Part shown: piece after piece, positions 45,980 to 50,641 of the stretch
Layout of the letters: every line of letters begins with the position of its first letter
Numbering within the stretch: the stretch's first letter is position 1
Assembly: GCA_020536535.1 (NCBI GenBank)
Contig: JAHLWZ010000910.1
Location: 1-50,641 of the forward strand
Length of the DNA stretch: 50,641 bases
Direction of reading: 5' to 3'
DNA from: Pelomyxa schiedti
Lineage: Eukaryota; Protista; Evosea
The notes under the pieces: generated by a model
Seen by the model: only the letters and a program-made list of their open reading frames with translations
Database searches by the model: none
What the model was told of the DNA's origin: nothing
Made by a program: the position numbers and the translations under genes

Positions 45980-46209
45980 ATAACTGGAGTTAACCACGCC
46001 CACCCACAACCCTGTAATCTACATGTATTAAGATTTCAAAAACATGTTCCCCTCACATCAAACGAAGGTAACTTGCCCTAGAAAGTAATAGTTCGTTTCC
46101 TCCGATCGGTCTGAACATTTTTAGACCCATTTTCCAAGAAAGTCAGTTTCTTGGCCCAACCAGACCCTTTTCGTGCCTGTTGCCCTCTAGTAAAGCACAA
46201 CAACAACAA

Positions 46210-49200
46210 ATGCAACAGCAACACCATCACTCCATGCCTACGTCCACGAGGACGTCGACCCGCGGCACCAGCGACGTAGTGGATATTGACGACGAAGCTT
46301 TGCACCCCACCACCAACACCAACCACCACATTACGAACTCCAGTATCAGGCCCCAGTCCGTCCGTAAGTACCAACAGCAACAGAAACAAAAGCGGCGGCC
46401 GGCCACTGGGGTGGATATTGATTACAGTGACTCGGACACAACCCCCCGGACGCCACCCCCTTACGGCGCCAGCAACGACGGGGGGGCAGGAGCGGCGCAG
46501 GACGAGATGGACGAGGACTACGGGTATGGGGCAGGGGACGCGGACGGCGAAGGGGTGGAGGGGGAAGGAGACGGAGAAGGAGAGGCGGGAGGGAGCAAAG
46601 CGGGATGGGGATGGGGGTGGGCGGGGGGGATGGGGGTGGCCACGTGGAAGTGGTACGAGGTGTTGACCATCGTGGCCTTCTCCTGTTGTGCCTGCGTCAT
46701 TGTGGCCGCCGTATGCGTCGTGCCCCTCTACACTACCTCGATGTATGACTCCTTAGGTTGGTTGGCCATGCTTACCCCCTTTTTTTTTTTTGTCCCCGTG
46801 TTGTGGTTGATCGTTATGAATTCTCCTCGTTCCTTCAACCTTGCATTTGTTTACACTTCGTTTTTATACCAGTCAGCCGAACCAGGGCTACACTGAGTGG
46901 AACAGCCACTGACGCAGCTCAACAAATTGGTGAGAGGCTGGATAGCTATAGGTTGATGCTGGAAATGTACACCGAAGCTGTAGTTAGTGTATGCATGTGC
47001 AATAAAGCTTCGGAAGTAGTAACCTTTTTCCTTTAATTAGGAAATGTACCGCAATGTTTCTGTGGAAAAAAGAGCAAGTCCAAGCTGCTTTGGTTATGGG
47101 TCTTTGCTAGGTGTACGGCCAGTATACTACGAGAATTCTTCCGAGTGCAACTTGGGTTTGAGCTGTTTTGGGACTGAGCACCTTCAACCAGGGGATGACG
47201 GTTATGAGAAGATGATGAGCAAAATAACTTTGCTTATGTGGGGACAAACGCCATATCCAAACGAAATGGCTACCTCTTTTATGAACAAGTATCTCATCAG
47301 TGGTCTTGCTGTGATCATTGGAGGTTTTGCACGGATGTCACCTTGGTTTGATTTGCGCAATGTCTCTCAAGCAATTATTGATACTTTTATGGGAATGCAG
47401 AAATATATGGGACTTACAGAGCCAACTTGGACTCCCCCACTTTTTGACCCATTTGTTGGCCGTGGTGGCTGGAAAACAAGGTTCTATGCTCCAGTTTATA
47501 ATGCTGGAAATTTGTCTGGGCTTTCTGCACTTCAACTTTACATTGGGTATGATGTTCTTTTCTCCAACGTACTTCTAAGTATTTCAGTGAAACAGTTGCT
47601 TATATGGACACTGTCAGCAATTTGATGCCCTATGATGGGTACGCTCTTATTACTTCTAATGATGGCACCTTGCTTGCCATACCAGAGAGAGGCTGGTCTG
47701 ATTGGTCCTTGGGAAATGAGAATTTTAATTTCACAAGAGAAATGGAGCAGAACTCATTTGACCCCCAGTTTTGGAATATCTTCACAGTAAGAGCACAAGC
47801 AATCTTTTTTCCCATGCTTATCACCATAGAATGAACAGTTCGCTTCAATTGGGATCCCTGTCAACAATTCCATCATCCAATCAGGAGGATCCAACGCAAC
47901 TGGCTGTTGTGAGGTGATGTTGAATGGTAAGGACACAATCATATCGTGGTCTCAGATACCCACTGCAAACTGGATTGTGATAGCCGTGCTTGATAAAGAT
48001 GAAGCTCTTAGTGCACAGCAGGCCGCATTGACTAGAATTATTACCATCTCTGTCATTATGGCCTGTATTGTGCTGATTGTTTCTGTATCAATTGCTATTT
48101 ACATTGGTGTCAAGAGGCAGTACAGTCACCTCTCCAACAAGGTATGTTGCTGTGAAAAAGTTCTCTTCCTAACTGTGAAAAAAAAAAGGTTGCAGATCTT
48201 CATATGAAACTCGAAGAAGCCGAACAACAACTCACTAAATTGAAAGTAACTGGAGATGATGTAGCTGTGACAGCACTGAGCTCTGGTCTTGACAAAGTTG
48301 TTCCAACATTGTTTCTGAACCTCCTTCTTTTGACTAATTGGATAATAAAGGTCACAACTGTGATATCAAGGCTTACATTGCATCCGGACCAAGGCTTAAA
48401 TCCAGATGATATTGAAGTCCTAAAACTGGCGAATATGCTTTTAATGACCCGAAACTTCGCCACCATTAAACCCCAGTCCGAGCTCACAGAGAACCAGCAC
48501 CAGTTCATTCTTGACTGTGGAATGCAAGTCGACGAGAGAACCTCCGAGTTCAAGAAGATACATACTAAGCAATCAACCAGACATCACTTGCGCAGCAATG
48601 GCAGGAGTGCCAATACTAGTTTTAGTGGAATTTCATTTACCAGATCACTGGAAGAGTCTGATATTTATACACATGTCATGGATGATATACCCTCTCTCCA
48701 TGATTGGAGTTTTGATGTCTTCTCTGTATGACTCCGAATTTTTTTTTTTTTTGAAAATAGGATACCAATTTCAGTTTATAGGTTGACAAACAAGTTTTAG
48801 CGAACAAACAAAATCTTCTCAGTGCAGTAGGGTTAAACCTTCTTTCTGAACACCGTCTTCTTCCGCATCACTCCCCTAGTCTCCACCTAGATGTGGCCAA
48901 ATTTCTATCCTTCACAGAAAAACTAAAAGAAGGCTATACTGAACACACAAATCCCTTCCACAACTACCTTCATGCTGCTGATGTGACGCAGGCAATGAAT
49001 GTTCTTTTACAGATGGCCATTCAGTCATCAGCTGAGTTTGAGGCATGCCTCTCTCCCCTAGATAAGCTGGCTTGCATTATTGCAACATTATCTCATGACT
49101 ACAAGGTTGGCCGCTAATACATCATAAAATATAGACACCCTAACTCACCTTTTAGCACCCTGGCGTTAATAATAACTTCTTGAAAGCAACAGTCAACCCC

Positions 49201-49925
49201 ATTTACATTCACTATGGAGATGCAGTTCTCGAACGGATGCATGCCGCCTCAGCACTAGAAGTTCTATTCTTTCAGCCAGAGTGCCGGGCCCTGCACAAGC
49301 TTGGTGTTGATGACCAGCTACAAGTTCATTCAACAGTTATGAGTCTTATCCTGGCAACTGACATGGCCAAACACATTGACATAATGGAGACAATGAAGAG
49401 CCTGGGGGTGGGCACTAGAACCACAACCGCTGCTCTTTTCACATCCAAAGCGGACCCTCAGTTTGTTAAATCAAATAAGATGCTGGTTCTGCAAGTACTC
49501 ATGAAGATATCTGACCTCTCCAATGTCATCCGGGACTGGCCAGGTTTTTACATTATAGTCCAAATTTCACTCTAATCACTGATGTAGTATGCAAGCAGTG
49601 GACATTCAACCTTGTGAAGTAATAAAATCGCTTTCCCATATCACACTAAAAAGAAAATACAGTGAATTCAAAGGGCAAGGAGAAGAAGAAAAACGGCAAG
49701 GAATTCCCACCAGTAAATTCATGGATGGCTCCACTACACCCCAGGAGATGCAAAACACGTAACTATCCAGTTACCAAAATTCTGACTAACATTGATAACA
49801 ACAGATTCATACCACTTATTGTTATACCACTTCTCAAGACGATCACCACACTCTTTCCCAACTTTGACATTCTGGAAAAAAGAGCCTGGGAAAATCTGGA
49901 GAACTGGCGAACAATGGCATCATAA
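46210..49925 (+). CDS. Membrane-anchored class I cyclic-nucleotide phosphodiesterase with extracellular dCache sensor domain, multi-exon
   Basis: TM1 WYEVLTIVAFSCCACVIVAAVCVVPLY; dCache-like EPTWTPPLFDPF...FYAPVYNAG...GYALITSNDGTLLA...IISWSQIPTANWIVIAV; TM2 IITISVIMACIVLIVSVSIAIYIGV. PDEase_I motifs WSFDVF, NPFHNYLHAADV, SHDYK|HPGVNNNFL, VLERMH, ATDMAKH, MKISDLSN, EMQNT|FIPLIVIPL. TAA at 49923-49925. Confidence 0.9.
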
Positions 49926-50189
49926 CAAACCAACCCATGGGACACATAACCAAACTGTAAAGTAATTTACTGTAGGAAATAAAAGAAAAAAGAGTACCAC
50001 ACAACCCACTAAACACACCATGTGAAGGTACAAAGATAAAAAAAAGGGAAAAAGGGTAACCACCGAAACACACAACGCGTTGTGTGTTTCGGTGGAGAAG
50101 GAGTTGGGTAGGCTCTGGTGCCAGTACATCAGTGGGGGAAGGGCACACAAGAAACTGATGACTGAATAGAGAGTAAATATAGTGCAACT

Positions 50190-50641
50190 TGGTTAAGAAC
50201 CTAAATCAGTCAGAATCACTTTGGCCCCAGCACAAAATGGATGCACACACTGTGGTCTGTTGCCAGAATGTCAGTTACTTTGGAAGTGGTTCAAGGCAAT
50301 TTAGGCATTGAAGTTTTTGGATGGAGTAATTGACAATATACATTGAACGAAGTCAAGGCTGAATTTTGTCTCATTTTTCGAAAATTTTTTGGAACTTGCT
50401 GGACTGGATCCTAACACTTCTGTGTCGGCAGTCGACTGCCCTACGGCTATGCAACGTGGCTTAAAAGGGTCTTGGAAATAAAAAATACCAAGAACGAAAT
50501 GATGAACAAAAGCAACGCTAGCACCAATTGTTTTGGTTACGGCCATATTAGTTGGTAAACTCCACTTCCCGTCCGATCAGTGAAGATAAACCAACTGAAG
50601 CACTGCTAGTACTAGGGTAAGGGATTACCTGGGAGCGCTGT
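50190..50641 (-). CDS. Possible 3' exons of a gene entering from beyond the window
   Basis: Splice-like GT/AG boundaries and an open stretch DPFKPRCIAVGQSTADTEVLGSSPASSKKFSKNETKFSLDF; no recognisable domain. Confidence 0.25.

Noticed and set aside
45235-46009. Antisense and alternate-frame ORFs: (LP)n, (CH/FR)n, (EA/EV)n, (ST/SA)n
   Set aside because: These are shadows of the stop-free hexamer repeat. Only the GS frame is continuous with the TM segment.
1-50641. tRNA/rRNA genes, prokaryotic operons or endosymbiont DNA
   Set aside because: No such motifs were recognised, and every complete gene contains spliceosomal introns.

Overview
Eukaryotic, very gene-dense and intron-dense window, with mostly ~40-70 nt GT-AG introns and intergenic gaps of only ~50-530 bp. 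It looks like a protist, plausibly an amoebozoan; this is inferred from architecture only. I reconstructed eight complete genes by hand, plus probable partial genes at both edges: (1) PP2A B''-gamma regulatory subunit (PPP2R3C/TON2-like, +); (2) a giant low-complexity/coiled-coil protein with C-terminal BRCT domain(s) (-); (3) a PROPPIN/WIPI-ATG18 family beta-propeller with a long N-terminal extension (+); (4) an insulysin-like M16A peptidase (+); (5) an EF-hand protein (-); (6) a giant integrin-beta-like type I membrane protein (-) with PSI, hybrid and betaI/vWA domains, a stalk of roughly 75-85 'GCD..D.CG.CGG' Cys repeats in place of EGF modules, a GxxxG TM helix and a tail carrying NPIY plus NQLY; (7) head-to-head with it, a ~17 kb receptor gene (+) with two CBM-like domains, LamG, plant-type LRRs, IPT/TIG, about 80 tenascin-type EGF repeats, a TM helix and a Gly/Ser tail; (8) a two-TM dCache-sensor class I cyclic-nucleotide phosphodiesterase (+). 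The most interesting elements are the non-canonical integrin-beta with no alpha subunit in the window, its divergently transcribed giant EGF receptor neighbour, and the receptor-type Cache-PDE. Exon boundaries and repeat counts are manual estimates, and no database searches were run. No RNA genes, CRISPR arrays or mobile elements were recognised.
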